Assembly: GCA_001770205.1 (NCBI GenBank)
Contig: MEQL01000051.1
Span: forward strand, 1-64,000
Reading direction: 5' to 3'
Length of the DNA stretch: 64,000 bases
Source of the DNA: Bdellovibrionales bacterium RIFOXYD12_FULL_39_22
GTDB lineage: Bacteria; Bdellovibrionota; Bacteriovoracia; Bacteriovoracales; Bacteriovoracaceae
In this document: piece after piece, positions 36,089 to 46,475 of the stretch
Numbering within the stretch: position 1 is the first letter of the stretch
How the letters are laid out: each line of letters opens with the position of its first letter
The notes under the pieces: model-generated
Databases searched by the model: none
What the model was told of the DNA's origin: nothing
Seen by the model: the letters and a program-made list of their open reading frames with translations, nothing else
Made by a program: the position numbers and the translations under genes

Positions 36089-38047
36089 ATGTCAGAAAGA
36101 AAAGGAACTATTTCCGTTGCAACTTCAGATATCTTCCCTATCATCAAAAAGTGGCTCTATTCAGAGCATGACATTTTTTTGCGAGAATTGGTGGCAAATG
36201 CTACTGATGCTATCACCAAACGGGCAACGCTAGCTCGTACTAGAAATGAAGAAATACCTACCGGAAAAATTAGTGTAGTGGTGGACAAAGATAATAAAAC
36301 TATAAAAATTTCTGATAACGGTATCGGCATGACCGAAGCAGAGGTAGAAAAATATATTGCACAGTTGGCATTTTCTGGAGCAGAAGAATTTGTAAAACAG
36401 ATCAAGGCACAAGGAGAGGCCACCAAAGACGACATCATTGGTAAGTTTGGACTGGGTTTTTACTCCTCTTTCATGGTGGCAGATAAAGTGGTTATTGATT
36501 CTCTTTCTATGGAAAAAGGGGCGGTGGCCACTTCTTGGTCCTGCGCCGGTGATACAGAGTATCAATTTTCTAGCTCTTCTCGTACTGAAGTAGGAACCTC
36601 CATCACTTTGCATGTTAACAAAGATGGAGAAGAGTTTTTAAGTGGATACAAAGTCAGCTCAACTTTAAAAAACTTTTGTGATTTTATGCCCTATCCTATT
36701 GCAGTGAGTGATCTTCACCGCATTGCTGAAGACAAAAAGCATAACGAAAAAATGCGGGCCGAAGGTAAAGATGAAAAGGATATATATCCGGTAGAGGAAG
36801 AGAGCATTGTTAATGAAACTAGACCACTTTGGAAAAAAGATCCTAAAGATATTTCCGATGATGATTATAAGGCCTTTTTTCGCAAATTATATCCAATGGA
36901 ACCTGAACCACTTTTTTGGCTCCATCTCAACGTAGATCATCCTTTTACACTCGAAGGAATTTTGTTTTTTCCTAAAATTAATCCTACAAAACCATTTAAT
37001 GACTCTAATATTAAGCTTTATTGCAAACAGGTTTTTGTTTCCGACAACGTTAAAAATATTATCCCCGAGTTTTTATCGCTACTAAAGGGAACCATTGATT
37101 CCCCTGATATCCCTCTGAATGTTTCTCGCTCTGCCCTACAAGGAGATCCTAACGTTAAAAAAATTTCTAACTACATTGTAAAAAAAGTGGCAGAATCCTT
37201 AAAAAAACTCTTTAAAAATGATCGCCCAAAATTTGAAGCGATATGGGAAGACATTGCGCTTTTTGTAAAATATGGAGCTATCTCTGATAACAAATTTGAT
37301 GAACAGATGCGCGAGCATATTCTTTTCAAAGTAGAAGATAAAACTTATAAGACAATGCAAGAATATGCCGACAGCATACCACAGGTATTTCAAGAAAAAC
37401 TTAAAGATACTATCGTATACTTTGAAAAAAATGCTAGTGATTGGAGCTTGCGCAAACAACTCAAAGATGAGGGCATTTTTGTTATAGAGACAGATGATCA
37501 TATTGACCCACATTTTTTACAACATGTAGAGGCAAAAAAATTGGGAGACAAAACGGTACGTTTTGCTTCGATTGATGCTGAATTTGGGAAAATCTTATCC
37601 AGTGAAAATTCCACCGATGAAGATATTATGATCAAAGAGCTTTTCAAGAAAGTTTTGGTGGGAGCAGAAGATAAAAAAGATGAAAAAGATAGTTTTTCTA
37701 GCTCCATGGAAGTAGAAATTGAAAAACTAAAAAACTCTAAAGCTCCGGCCTATTTTAGAATTGATGAACAGATGAAGCGCTTTAAAAATATGGCAAAATC
37801 GATGGGACAAGAAATGCATTTCCCAATGAAAAAAACTCTAGTGATTAACCCCAATAGTCAACTTATTCAAAATGCCCTGAAAATTTCCAAACGCAACAAC
37901 CAAGAAGAGCTAGTAAAAAAACTCTGCCACCACGTCGAAGATCTGGCCACCATTGCCAGCACTGGACTGAAAAACGAGGATAAGGAGGGATTTGTAATCC
38001 GCAGCCAGGAATTAATGTCAGAGTTGACTTCGCTAGCGCTAAGTTAA
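36089..38047 (+). CDS. htpG: Hsp90 chaperone HtpG
   Basis: IFLRELVANATDA, DNGIGMT, IIGKFGLGFYSSF, IPLNVSRSALQ; ATG 36089. Confidence 0.96.
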   Translation: MSERKGTISVATSDIFPIIKKWLYSEHDIFLRELVANATDAITKRATLARTRNEEIPTGKISVVVDKDNKTIKISDNGIGMTEAEVEKYIAQLAFSGAEEFVKQIKAQGEATKDDIIGKFGLGFYSSFMVADKVVIDSLSMEKGAVATSWSCAGDTEYQFSSSSRTEVGTSITLHVNKDGEEFLSGYKVSSTLKNFCDFMPYPIAVSDLHRIAEDKKHNEKMRAEGKDEKDIYPVEEESIVNETRPLWKKDPKDISDDDYKAFFRKLYPMEPEPLFWLHLNVDHPFTLEGILFFPKINPTKPFNDSNIKLYCKQVFVSDNVKNIIPEFLSLLKGTIDSPDIPLNVSRSALQGDPNVKKISNYIVKKVAESLKKLFKNDRPKFEAIWEDIALFVKYGAISDNKFDEQMREHILFKVEDKTYKTMQEYADSIPQVFQEKLKDTIVYFEKNASDWSLRKQLKDEGIFVIETDDHIDPHFLQHVEAKKLGDKTVRFASIDAEFGKILSSENSTDEDIMIKELFKKVLVGAEDKKDEKDSFSSSMEVEIEKLKNSKAPAYFRIDEQMKRFKNMAKSMGQEMHFPMKKTLVINPNSQLIQNALKISKRNNQEELVKKLCHHVEDLATIASTGLKNEDKEGFVIRSQELMSELTSLALS

Positions 38048-38137
38048 AAGCTCTTTCCAAACTCAATGGTTATAACTATTAGCGCAAAGAGCACAATCCA
38101 ATTTCTATCCATATGAAGTTTACATCCTTGTAAATCC

Positions 38138-38164
38138 AAAGAAGGCCGATCCTGGCCTTCTTTT
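38138..38164. terminator. intrinsic terminator, likely bidirectional
   Basis: AAAGAAGGCC-GATCCT-GGCCTTCTTT(T) between convergent htpG and kinase genes. Confidence 0.75.
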
Positions 38165-38213
38165 GCGTAATACTTATTAATTAAGACTATTTTCGCATTG
38201 CTTGAAATTTTAT

Positions 38214-39071
38214 TCAAGCAATAGTTGTTGGTAGCGAGATAAAAAAAGTTGTTCCTTCTCCTGGGCCGGCGGAGGAGCATGAAATCGTTCCATTATGCTC
38301 TTTTACCCATTCATAACTTAGCGTCATTCCTAGGCCCGTTCCACGATTTGGACATTTGGTAGTAAAAAATGGATCGAAAATTTTTTCCACATATTCGGAA
38401 GCAATGCCAGAGGCGTTGTCCTTAAAAATTATTTGTACACTTTTGTGATCAGGCGCATTCTCCGTAATGATGTTTAATTTTTTTGCTCTATGATCCTTAA
38501 CATTTTCAAAAGCGTCCTTGGCATTCACAATTAAATTTTCAAAGACATTTTCTAATTTTGCGCTATCACCTTTTATTGGGAAAATTTTGTTATCTAAATT
38601 TAAGTCTAATGTAATATCACAACCTTTCAGCTGAGGGCGAAGTAATATAAGTGAATTGCGGATAACGTCGTTAACATTGACAGGGCCCTTCCCATATTCT
38701 GCCGCACGAGCGTGGCCAAACTTGCTTAGCTGTTCAATAATTGTCCCCATTCGCTTAGCACTTTTAATGATAAGATCAATATGTCTTTCAATTTTCTCAT
38801 TAGTATGGGGAATCTCTCGACGTAAGATGGTAGAAAAACCTAAAATTGTGGTAAGAGGATTATTTAGTTCATGCGCAATTCCAGACATCATCGTAGTAAG
38901 TGCGGCCATTTTTGATGCCTGAAAAAATTGTCTTTGCGCTTCTAATTGCTCCATCTCCTTATGCTTTTGTCGCTCATCCAGTATTGCTAAATTATGCATT
39001 CTTCTGCAGGCAGCAACTGCAAACATGCCCGTAACGACACCAAGTAATACTCCCAATAAAAATGTGTACAT
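38214..39071 (-). CDS. single-TM histidine kinase
   Basis: N-terminal [25 protein letters not shown]. Confidence 0.88.
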   Translation of the reverse strand: MYTFLLGVLLGVVTGMFAVAACRRMHNLAILDERQKHKEMEQLEAQRQFFQASKMAALTTMMSGIAHELNNPLTTILGFSTILRREIPHTNEKIERHIDLIIKSAKRMGTIIEQLSKFGHARAAEYGKGPVNVNDVIRNSLILLRPQLKGCDITLDLNLDNKIFPIKGDSAKLENVFENLIVNAKDAFENVKDHRAKKLNIITENAPDHKSVQIIFKDNASGIASEYVEKIFDPFFTTKCPNRGTGLGMTLSYEWVKEHNGTISCSSAGPGEGTTFFISLPTTIA

Positions 39072-39169
39072 AAAAAAATTATCTCATAGTTTATTTATAA
39101 ATCAAATCACCTTGCAATTATTTGCTGCACATTCTTATTGGAATATTTAAAAGGCCAGGCAATTGCTTT

Positions 39170-39691
39170 TTATAAGTTAACCACACTCTCCATTTTGATT
39201 TTACTCTTATTAAAGTTAAGTATTTTCTCTTTTATCAAATCTTCACCATCCCCATTTTCAGGATTAACTCCATCTCTGTTTGAGGCCAAGATATTAGAGT
39301 TGTCGAATCCCTTCCCTAAAGTGTGAGAACGGCGATTGTATGGAATATGATTTTCTGTTCGTTCTTCCTCTTCTTTACAACCAATACACAAAGTGGCAGT
39401 CGGACGTGCCAATAGTCTTGCATGTTCTATTTCTCCTCCACACTCATCGCATAATCCAAAGGTCCCCTGATTAATTTTCCGCATGGCCTCTTTAATTTTT
39501 TTGCAATAAAAATTTTTCCGTCCATCAAGTTTTAAACGCAGTACGTTGTTGCGATCTTCTACCTGCCTATCCATTTCATCTCCACCATTTTCTGGAATAG
39601 ATTCCTGCAAATAAGTTCTTTCTTCGGCCAACTGTTCATGCAATAGTTTAGAAAAAAAAGCGCGGAACTGATTTAGTTCTGATGTGCCCAT
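39170..39691 (-). CDS. dksA: DksA/TraR C4 zinc-finger protein
   Basis: Coiled-coil tip GDEMDR, CDECG...RLLARPTATLCIGCKE; C-terminal extension. Confidence 0.88.
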   Translation of the reverse strand: MGTSELNQFRAFFSKLLHEQLAEERTYLQESIPENGGDEMDRQVEDRNNVLRLKLDGRKNFYCKKIKEAMRKINQGTFGLCDECGGEIEHARLLARPTATLCIGCKEEEERTENHIPYNRRSHTLGKGFDNSNILASNRDGVNPENGDGEDLIKEKILNFNKSKIKMESVVNL

Positions 39692-39794
39692 ATAAAAACT
39701 CCATTTTTTATTTTACGATTTTTTCCATCCTAGAAAAAATATCGTAAAAGGCGATCTTCCTTCCTGGAAGATCTTGTTGTTACTTTTACTCTTT

Positions 39795-39810
39795 TGCGAA
39801 AAGAGTGCCA
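39795..39810 (-). promoter_or_regulatory. sigma54-type promoter upstream of dksA
   Basis: Minus strand TGGCACTCTTTTCGCA = GG-N10-GC with TGGCAC -24 element. Confidence 0.55.
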
Positions 39811-39906
39811 AGAAAAGGCCAGCTGTTTGTCAACAGTTAGCGACTAGGATGGATTTGTAAATGTCACCAGTGGAGCTGCTTTATCCCCAGAAAAATTTAT
39901 ACTATC

Positions 39907-40902
39907 CTAGGCAATATAATGAGGATTGGGCCTTGATAGGTAGTTGCGCACATAATCTGTGACTCCGGCCTCGAGGGTAGAGAATTTAAATTTTGGCAAC
40001 AATCGATGAAATTTTTGCATCTCTGCTTGAGTGAAATACTGATATTGGTTTTTAATTTCCTCTGGCATATCGATATATGTAATTTTTACTTTTTTATCCA
40101 TGGCCGAAAAAGTGGAACGCACTAAATCATTAAAAGAGCGGGCCTTGCCTGTGCCCAAATTATAGATTCCGGAATGATTAGATTTGCCTCGTCTTTTTTG
40201 AGTCATTAGTTCAACCATTGCACGCACAACATCTTTAACGTAAATAAAATCACGCAGCTGTTCTCCATCAGCAAAACCTTCTTTATGAGAGCGAAATAAG
40301 CGAACCTCTTGGCCACTTTGAATTTGTTCAAAGGCCTTATGTACCATTGAGCGCATACTGCCTTTGTGATATTCATTAGGCCCATAGACATTAAAAAATT
40401 TTAGGCCTATCCAAAAAGTTGGATATCGTTTCTGTGACAAAACCCACTGATCAAAAAGCTGCTTAGAAAAACCGTAGGGATTTAAGGGCAAAAGATTGCC
40501 AAGTGCGGACTGATTATCATCATATCCTAGCTCTCCATCTCCATAGGTCGCGGCAGAACTAGCATAAATTATCGGAACATTTCGCTGCGTGGCCCAAGAG
40601 AATAACCTCTTTGAATAGTCGACATTATTTCTCATTAAATAATCGACATCCATTTCGGTAGTAGAAGAACAGGCACCCATATGAAAGATAAACTTGACTG
40701 AAGAGAGAAGGCGCTCATGTGCTTTATCAAACAACTCATCGGCATGGATGTAGTCAATGGCACCCATGCCGCGCAAATTTCTCCATTTGTCGGTGCTATG
40801 TAGACGGTCAACAATAATCAAATGATTTCTGCCAGAAGAGCTTAGCTCGTGGGCCAAAACGCTCCCAATAAACCCAGCTCCGCCTGTTATCAAAATGGCC
40901 AT
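39907..40902 (-). CDS. hldD: ADP-L-glycero-D-manno-heptose 6-epimerase
   Basis: ITGGAGFIGS, HMGACSSTTE, YASSAATYG, YGFSK, FFNVYGPNEYHKGSM, RDFIYVKD. Confidence 0.95.
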   Translation of the reverse strand: MAILITGGAGFIGSVLAHELSSSGRNHLIIVDRLHSTDKWRNLRGMGAIDYIHADELFDKAHERLLSSVKFIFHMGACSSTTEMDVDYLMRNNVDYSKRLFSWATQRNVPIIYASSAATYGDGELGYDDNQSALGNLLPLNPYGFSKQLFDQWVLSQKRYPTFWIGLKFFNVYGPNEYHKGSMRSMVHKAFEQIQSGQEVRLFRSHKEGFADGEQLRDFIYVKDVVRAMVELMTQKRRGKSNHSGIYNLGTGKARSFNDLVRSTFSAMDKKVKITYIDMPEEIKNQYQYFTQAEMQKFHRLLPKFKFSTLEAGVTDYVRNYLSRPNPHYIA

Positions 40903-40941
40903 CTACACACCACCGGAAAAATCTAAAAAAATGGACAATTA

Positions 40942-41478
40942 CTAATAGGCCATTGCCCCAAAAATCATCATTGAAAAATGCATTGCTAGTCCAAAACAAG
41001 CAGCTCCTTTGTAATTAAAGGACACTTGCTTGCCTTTAAGTGTGGCACTGAAAGTTGTATCTAGAAAATGGCCTTCTTGAAAATCTTTGTTATCTAAAGT
41101 AACCAGTACATCTTCATTATCAATAGAAAGCATGATCTGTTTTTGTTCAGCATTAATCCCTTTTACATAAATATTTGTTTCAACTGTACGCTCTCCGTCC
41201 ATTCTTGTGATCACTCCTCCAATGCGATTATCGACTTTTTTAAAGGTTGCTTTGATTGTTTGCTGATACTTTCTAACGATAAGCTCAGAAGTAAAAGAGG
41301 CCTCATCTAAAAATCCCCATACTGCAGAATTACCAATTGAGCCAGCAAATGCATGGTCAAATGCCTTAAGTTGCAAATTTACGCCAGTAATGTCTGTAAG
41401 AGCATGCTCTTCGTCTCCAGCATAAGCAAAAGGCATTACCAATAGCGTCAAGAGCATCATTCCTAAAATTTTTTTCAT
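40942..41478 (-). CDS. secreted hypothetical protein
   Basis: RBS AAGGAG, signal peptide, beta-rich sequence. Confidence 0.8.
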   Translation of the reverse strand: MKKILGMMLLTLLVMPFAYAGDEEHALTDITGVNLQLKAFDHAFAGSIGNSAVWGFLDEASFTSELIVRKYQQTIKATFKKVDNRIGGVITRMDGERTVETNIYVKGINAEQKQIMLSIDNEDVLVTLDNKDFQEGHFLDTTFSATLKGKQVSFNYKGAACFGLAMHFSMMIFGAMAY

Positions 41479-41612
41479 TTCAAACTCCTTTGTGTTGATT
41501 AATATTCTTTGGTAGCAATAAATACCAAACTATTCCGGTTGTTTATTTTCTGGCCGGATACTCCCGATAGTCAAGGAAAAATTTTAATTACCGAAAGAGT
41601 AGTTAGGATTAT

Positions 41613-42293
41613 ATGTATAAAAAGAGTTCATTTCTAAAAATGGCCATAATGTCTATGCTGGCCTCTTTGTTAATTGTCAGGCCAGCGGCGAGTGTGCCAA
41701 TTAATCTTATTACCTGCTTGGCATCAGAAGAAGATAGTATTTATAAGGAACACAATTTATCAGCGGAATACAAACTAAACCAGTGGTTTATAGTATATTT
41801 TGCATCTGCAACCAAAATGCAGCTACGGCCAGAATATTTTCAAAAAATATGTGGCAATAAAAGTGGTAATAAAAATATCTCGAGGGCCTTACTAAAAGAA
41901 ATTTTAACCAATGGCCCGACCATTTTTACTGTTAACAGCAACGAAAATGAGGCAATAAAACGTCTATTTCCCATCGATCGCGAAGAATTAAGTGGCGAAG
42001 TTGTTCGCCTTTTTTATCAATATCTAACAGATCTACAGGCAAAGGCCGCAACCTACGATTGTTTAGAAAAGTATATTCCAGAAATTACATATTTTTCGGA
42101 ACGTTTTAAATTTTTAGAGTCAGACTTAGATACAAAAAATCTTATTAGTAAAGAAGATTTGCCCAAAGTTTTTAAGATTTTTACCGCCCTTGATGGCATT
42201 GATGAAATTTATGCTAAATGTACCAAGGATTTTGCCAGGGAACAAAAACTCAGACGAAAAGCAGATGAGGCGGAAGCAAAAAATAATAATTAA
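41613..42293 (+). CDS. exported hypothetical protein
   Basis: Signal peptide, four Cys, helical. Confidence 0.75.
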   Translation: MYKKSSFLKMAIMSMLASLLIVRPAASVPINLITCLASEEDSIYKEHNLSAEYKLNQWFIVYFASATKMQLRPEYFQKICGNKSGNKNISRALLKEILTNGPTIFTVNSNENEAIKRLFPIDREELSGEVVRLFYQYLTDLQAKAATYDCLEKYIPEITYFSERFKFLESDLDTKNLISKEDLPKVFKIFTALDGIDEIYAKCTKDFAREQKLRRKADEAEAKNNN

Positions 42294-42301
42294 TTAATCA
42301 C

Positions 42302-43057
42302 TCAATCGGAAAGTAGAGTTAAAATTTCATGGCCACTTTCCGTAACCAAAATAGTATGTTCAAATTGCGCAGAAAGTTTTTTATCTTTCGTCATAACCGT
42401 CCAACCATCTTTTTGCACAGTGCCTTGTTTTTTACCTAAGTTGATCATTGGTTCAATAGTAAATGTCATGCCTGGCCGCATGATTACTCCAGTGCCACGA
42501 ACATTATTGTGTACAACTTGTGGTTCCTCATGAAATTCCCGGCCAATTCCATGGCCACAATAATCCTCCACCACACTATATCCATGGGCATGGGCCAGTT
42601 CTGCAATGCGAGCACCGATATTTCCTAAATGGGCATTGGGTTTTACTTCCGAAATTCCGGCCATCAAACATTCAAAAGTAACCTCCACCAATTTTTTTGC
42701 TATCGGCGAAACGGCCCCAACCAGAAACGTTTTATTGGTATCGCCATGAAATTTATTCAAATAGGTTGTAACGTCGATATTTATAATATCGCCCTCTTCT
42801 AAAATATCTGAAGGCGAGGGAATTCCATGACAAATAACGCTATTTAATGAGGTACAAATAGATTTGGGGAAACCGCGATAATTTAAAGGACTAGGCATGG
42901 CACCATGCTTAATAATAAATTCGTGGCAAAGATTATTTAACTCTTCTGTAGAGATTCCTGGACGAACATAGGGTTCAATATATTTAAGAGTTTTTGCCGC
43001 TAACTGGCAGCTCTTTCTCATCAATTCAATTTCACGCTTAGACTTTATATGAATCAT
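42302..43057 (-). CDS. map: type I methionine aminopeptidase
   Basis: ICHGIP, INIDVT, HGDT, GHGIG, FTIEPMIN, SAQFEHT; start 43057. Confidence 0.96.
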   Translation of the reverse strand: MIHIKSKREIELMRKSCQLAAKTLKYIEPYVRPGISTEELNNLCHEFIIKHGAMPSPLNYRGFPKSICTSLNSVICHGIPSPSDILEEGDIINIDVTTYLNKFHGDTNKTFLVGAVSPIAKKLVEVTFECLMAGISEVKPNAHLGNIGARIAELAHAHGYSVVEDYCGHGIGREFHEEPQVVHNNVRGTGVIMRPGMTFTIEPMINLGKKQGTVQKDGWTVMTKDKKLSAQFEHTILVTESGHEILTLLSD

Positions 43058-43135
43058 AGTAATAACTAAGAAATATCTGCTTTGCAATATACCTAGCGCT
43101 ATGTAAAATTACCAGATAATAAGTTGAGATTTTCC

Positions 43136-44080
43136 ATGAAAAACCAATACTGTTTCTACCGCACCACAATTTCTCCCTATCAAGCGGATGATTTTGCCAA
43201 ACAAGAACGGGCCAGTGTTGAGGCCATTGGCAATATAGACTATTGTTACACAATTCCGGATGATAATGATCAGAAAATAATTTTAGTAACTAATTCCCTT
43301 ACAAAAATGGACTCTCTTCAACTTGACTGGAAACGAGTGGTGCTACACATCCATCCAAATTCTGGATACGATAATTTACCTTACTCCTACGTCAAAAATG
43401 CTTCCTATCCGATTATTACGGGAAATCCTATTCGCGCTCAGGCCGTAAGCAATTATATCTTAAGTGCTATCTTTAAATATTTTACTACTTTTAATAGTCA
43501 ATCCAACTGGGATCCCAAGCGACATTGGCAGCATGATCTGATCTTTGAAAAAAAAATTTTAATTTTTGGCCTTGGCCACATAGGAAAAATTTTGCGACAG
43601 GCCCTAGCTCCGTTGGCCTTGTCTGTTGCCATCTATGATCCCTTTAAAGGATATACCCAACTGGCGCCCAATGAGTACAACGTTATTTTGCTAGCACAAG
43701 GACTCAATCCATCTTCCGCTAATTTTATCAATAAGGATTTCTTGGGCCAGTGTAAAGATGATCTTTTACTTATAAATGCTGCTCGCGGTGGATTAATTGT
43801 TTTAGATGATCTAATCATCTTTTTGCGACAAAACCCACGGGCCTATGCTTTTTTAGACGTATTCCCTACTGAACCGGCCAATTTTAGCACTCTTCAGGCA
43901 ATTGAGAATTTATCTACCACCTCACACATTGCAGGAGTCTACAATGGACTGGATATTGCTATTTTGAAGTTTGTTACAGAGGTGACAAGATTTTTTATCA
44001 CAGAAAAACCAAAGACTTTTCTGTCTCGCTATAACAACATTCATCTGCAAAATAAAATTGTGGGTGATCTTCTTGTATGA
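43136..44080 (+). CDS. D-isomer-specific 2-hydroxyacid dehydrogenase family protein
   Basis: GLGHIG, INAARG, LDVFPTEP, SHIAG. Confidence 0.85.
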   Translation: MKNQYCFYRTTISPYQADDFAKQERASVEAIGNIDYCYTIPDDNDQKIILVTNSLTKMDSLQLDWKRVVLHIHPNSGYDNLPYSYVKNASYPIITGNPIRAQAVSNYILSAIFKYFTTFNSQSNWDPKRHWQHDLIFEKKILIFGLGHIGKILRQALAPLALSVAIYDPFKGYTQLAPNEYNVILLAQGLNPSSANFINKDFLGQCKDDLLLINAARGGLIVLDDLIIFLRQNPRAYAFLDVFPTEPANFSTLQAIENLSTTSHIAGVYNGLDIAILKFVTEVTRFFITEKPKTFLSRYNNIHLQNKIVGDLLV

Positions 44081-44736
44081 ACTTTCCATTAGGCCACTCC
44101 ATTTTCCCCTCGTTGGAAAGTGCTTCGACAGATGGGATTATTGCCGTTGGTGGAGATTTAGAGATTGCGACTCTCTACGACGCTTATACTCATGGAATTT
44201 TCCCCTGGCCAATCTCGCACGAATATCCGTTGGCCTGGTTTGCGCCCGACCCACGAGGAATTTTGCAATATCAAAACCTACACATTTCCAAATCAATGCA
44301 AAAATTCATTAATAAAAACCTATATGAGGTGCGAATGAATTACAACTTCCAAGAAACCATAACTGCCTGTGCGAAAGCAAATAACCGCAAAGGCCAGAAA
44401 GGAACTTGGATTACTCCAGAAATTATTGAAGGATATTGCAAATTACATCAGGCCGGTTACGCCTACTCGGTAGAAGTTTACGATAATGAACTTTTGGTGG
44501 GAGGACTGTATGGTGTATGCATTAGTCGTTACATTTCCGGAGAGTCGATGTTTTACCTGCGTCCGAATTGTTCGAAGTTGGCACTATTTTATCTTATGAA
44601 TTATTTACAAGAAAAAATGATCAATTGGATTGATACTCAAATGATAACTCCCGTGGTGCGTTCAATGGGAGGAGAAGAGATAAGTAGAAGTGACTTCATG
44701 GCCATGCTAAAAAAATCACTCACTCATCAAAGTTAA
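44077..44736 (+). CDS. aat: leucyl/phenylalanyl-tRNA-protein transferase
   Basis: AVGGDL, GIFPW, PDPRGIL, TWIT, GGLYGV, GESMF. Confidence 0.95.
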   Translation: MNFPLGHSIFPSLESASTDGIIAVGGDLEIATLYDAYTHGIFPWPISHEYPLAWFAPDPRGILQYQNLHISKSMQKFINKNLYEVRMNYNFQETITACAKANNRKGQKGTWITPEIIEGYCKLHQAGYAYSVEVYDNELLVGGLYGVCISRYISGESMFYLRPNCSKLALFYLMNYLQEKMINWIDTQMITPVVRSMGGEEISRSDFMAMLKKSLTHQS

Positions 44737-45797
44737 ATTTTATACTTTAATAGATACTTACCAATGGCCTCTAAGGATAGTACCTCATCAACTCCTCCTT
44801 TCTCAATGGCAACTTTTGGCATTCCAAAAACAACACAGGACTCTTCGCTTTGCGCCAAATTAAAAGAACCAGCATCTTTCATTTCTTTCATACCAGAAGC
44901 GCCATCATCTCCCATCCCGGTGAGAATAATTCCTACGGCGTTGGGGCCTAATGTTTGAGCGGCACTACGAAAAAGCACATCTACTGACGGTTTATGACGA
45001 TTAACTGGCACCCCGTCATTTATATTTACAAAATAGCGTGTACCACTACGATTGATAATAAGATGTTTGCCTCCCGGGGCCAATAAAACTTGGCCAGATA
45101 AAATTGTGTCATCATTGGCCGCTTCTTTCACCATCAGATTAGATTCATTATTTAGACGATTGGCAAAAGAGGTAGTAAAACCTGGTGGCATATGCTGAAC
45201 AACGACTATGCCTGGAAGATTGGTGGGTAAATCTTTAAGCAAATTGGCCAAGGCCACAGTTCCTCCCGTCGAGGCACCAATTACAATTACCTTGTCAGTA
45301 GTTAAAAAATTAATACGTCCACTTTTTTGCCCGAGAACATTGTCCGTGCTATATTTTTTATCCACCTCAATCTTAGTAAGCTTAGGCCGCTTAACTTTAG
45401 AGACCACCGCTGTCTCCAGTTTTATTTTAATCTCTTCTCGTAAAGCGGCAATGGAGTCTTTTAACGCAGTAGTCGGTTTGGGGACATAATCGACGGCCCC
45501 TAAATCTAGCGCCTTTAATGCCAAATCCGAATTGTGCTGAGTCAGTGAACTTATTACCACTACTGGCATGGGCCGCAAGCGCATTAACTTTTCTAGAAAT
45601 GTAAGGCCATCCATTTTAGGCATTTCCACATCTAAGGTAATAACATCGGGTTGATGCTGAACAATTTTATCTGCACCAATATGAGGATCCGAGGCAGTTG
45701 CTACTACTTCAAAATTATCCAGGCCATTAATTAAATCGGCCAAAACTGTCCGCACCATGGCGGAATCATCAATTATAACCACCTTATATTTTTTCAT
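44733..45797 (-). CDS. cheB: chemotaxis methylesterase
   Basis: REC domain plus IGASTGG, QHMP, HKPSVDVLF, LTGMGDDG. Confidence 0.96.
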   Translation of the reverse strand: MKKYKVVIIDDSAMVRTVLADLINGLDNFEVVATASDPHIGADKIVQHQPDVITLDVEMPKMDGLTFLEKLMRLRPMPVVVISSLTQHNSDLALKALDLGAVDYVPKPTTALKDSIAALREEIKIKLETAVVSKVKRPKLTKIEVDKKYSTDNVLGQKSGRINFLTTDKVIVIGASTGGTVALANLLKDLPTNLPGIVVVQHMPPGFTTSFANRLNNESNLMVKEAANDDTILSGQVLLAPGGKHLIINRSGTRYFVNINDGVPVNRHKPSVDVLFRSAAQTLGPNAVGIILTGMGDDGASGMKEMKDAGSFNLAQSEESCVVFGMPKVAIEKGGVDEVLSLEAIGKYLLKYKI

Positions 45798-45812
45798 AAA
45801 AAAATATCTCGC

Positions 45813-46475
45813 TTAAAAAAAAGTAATTTTGTCATCCGTTTTATCACTTTTTGGCTCCTCTTTTTTCTCAGCAGCTGGAGCGGCCGCAGGAGGAGTTGTC
45901 GGACGAATGGACTTATGATAACGGCCCTCTTCTTGTAAGATGGCCTGTTTTTTCATGGAATCTAATCTAAAAAGTTTGACATTCCCAGTGGCCGGTTCAA
46001 AATAGATTTTTCGCGCATGATCTTTTCCCACATCTTCACTAATAATTTTTATCTCCTCTAACGCCAAATATTTTCGGGCAAATGCAATATTTTGAGCCCC
46101 AACTGCCACTGTTTTAAACTCCTCATCCAGGCCAGCAATCGATGCATTTTTAGTGAACATATTTGCTCCACCAAATATTTTGGCCACAAAACGCTCTCGC
46201 TTGGCCCCGGCACGTAAACACTCGTTAATCAAAATTTCCATGGAATTAATTCCATATTTGGCCTTGCCAAAAACTAATGAATCATCCTGTAACACTGGCC
46301 CTGGCAACATATAGTGATTCATGCCTCCTACTTTTGCCAACGGATCCATAAGGCAAACGGCAATACAAGATCCAAGAGTGGTAGTAATGATCTCGTTACG
46401 ATTTGAAACATAAAATTCGCCTTGCCCAATAAGTGCGACCTCTACTTTAAATTTAGCATCAAAAATTTTTCTCAT
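45813..46475 (-). CDS. cheD: chemoreceptor deamidase
   Basis: TTLGSCIAVC, GGMNHYMLP, AKIFGGA. Confidence 0.94.
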   Translation of the reverse strand: MRKIFDAKFKVEVALIGQGEFYVSNRNEIITTTLGSCIAVCLMDPLAKVGGMNHYMLPGPVLQDDSLVFGKAKYGINSMEILINECLRAGAKRERFVAKIFGGANMFTKNASIAGLDEEFKTVAVGAQNIAFARKYLALEEIKIISEDVGKDHARKIYFEPATGNVKLFRLDSMKKQAILQEEGRYHKSIRPTTPPAAAPAAEKKEEPKSDKTDDKITFF

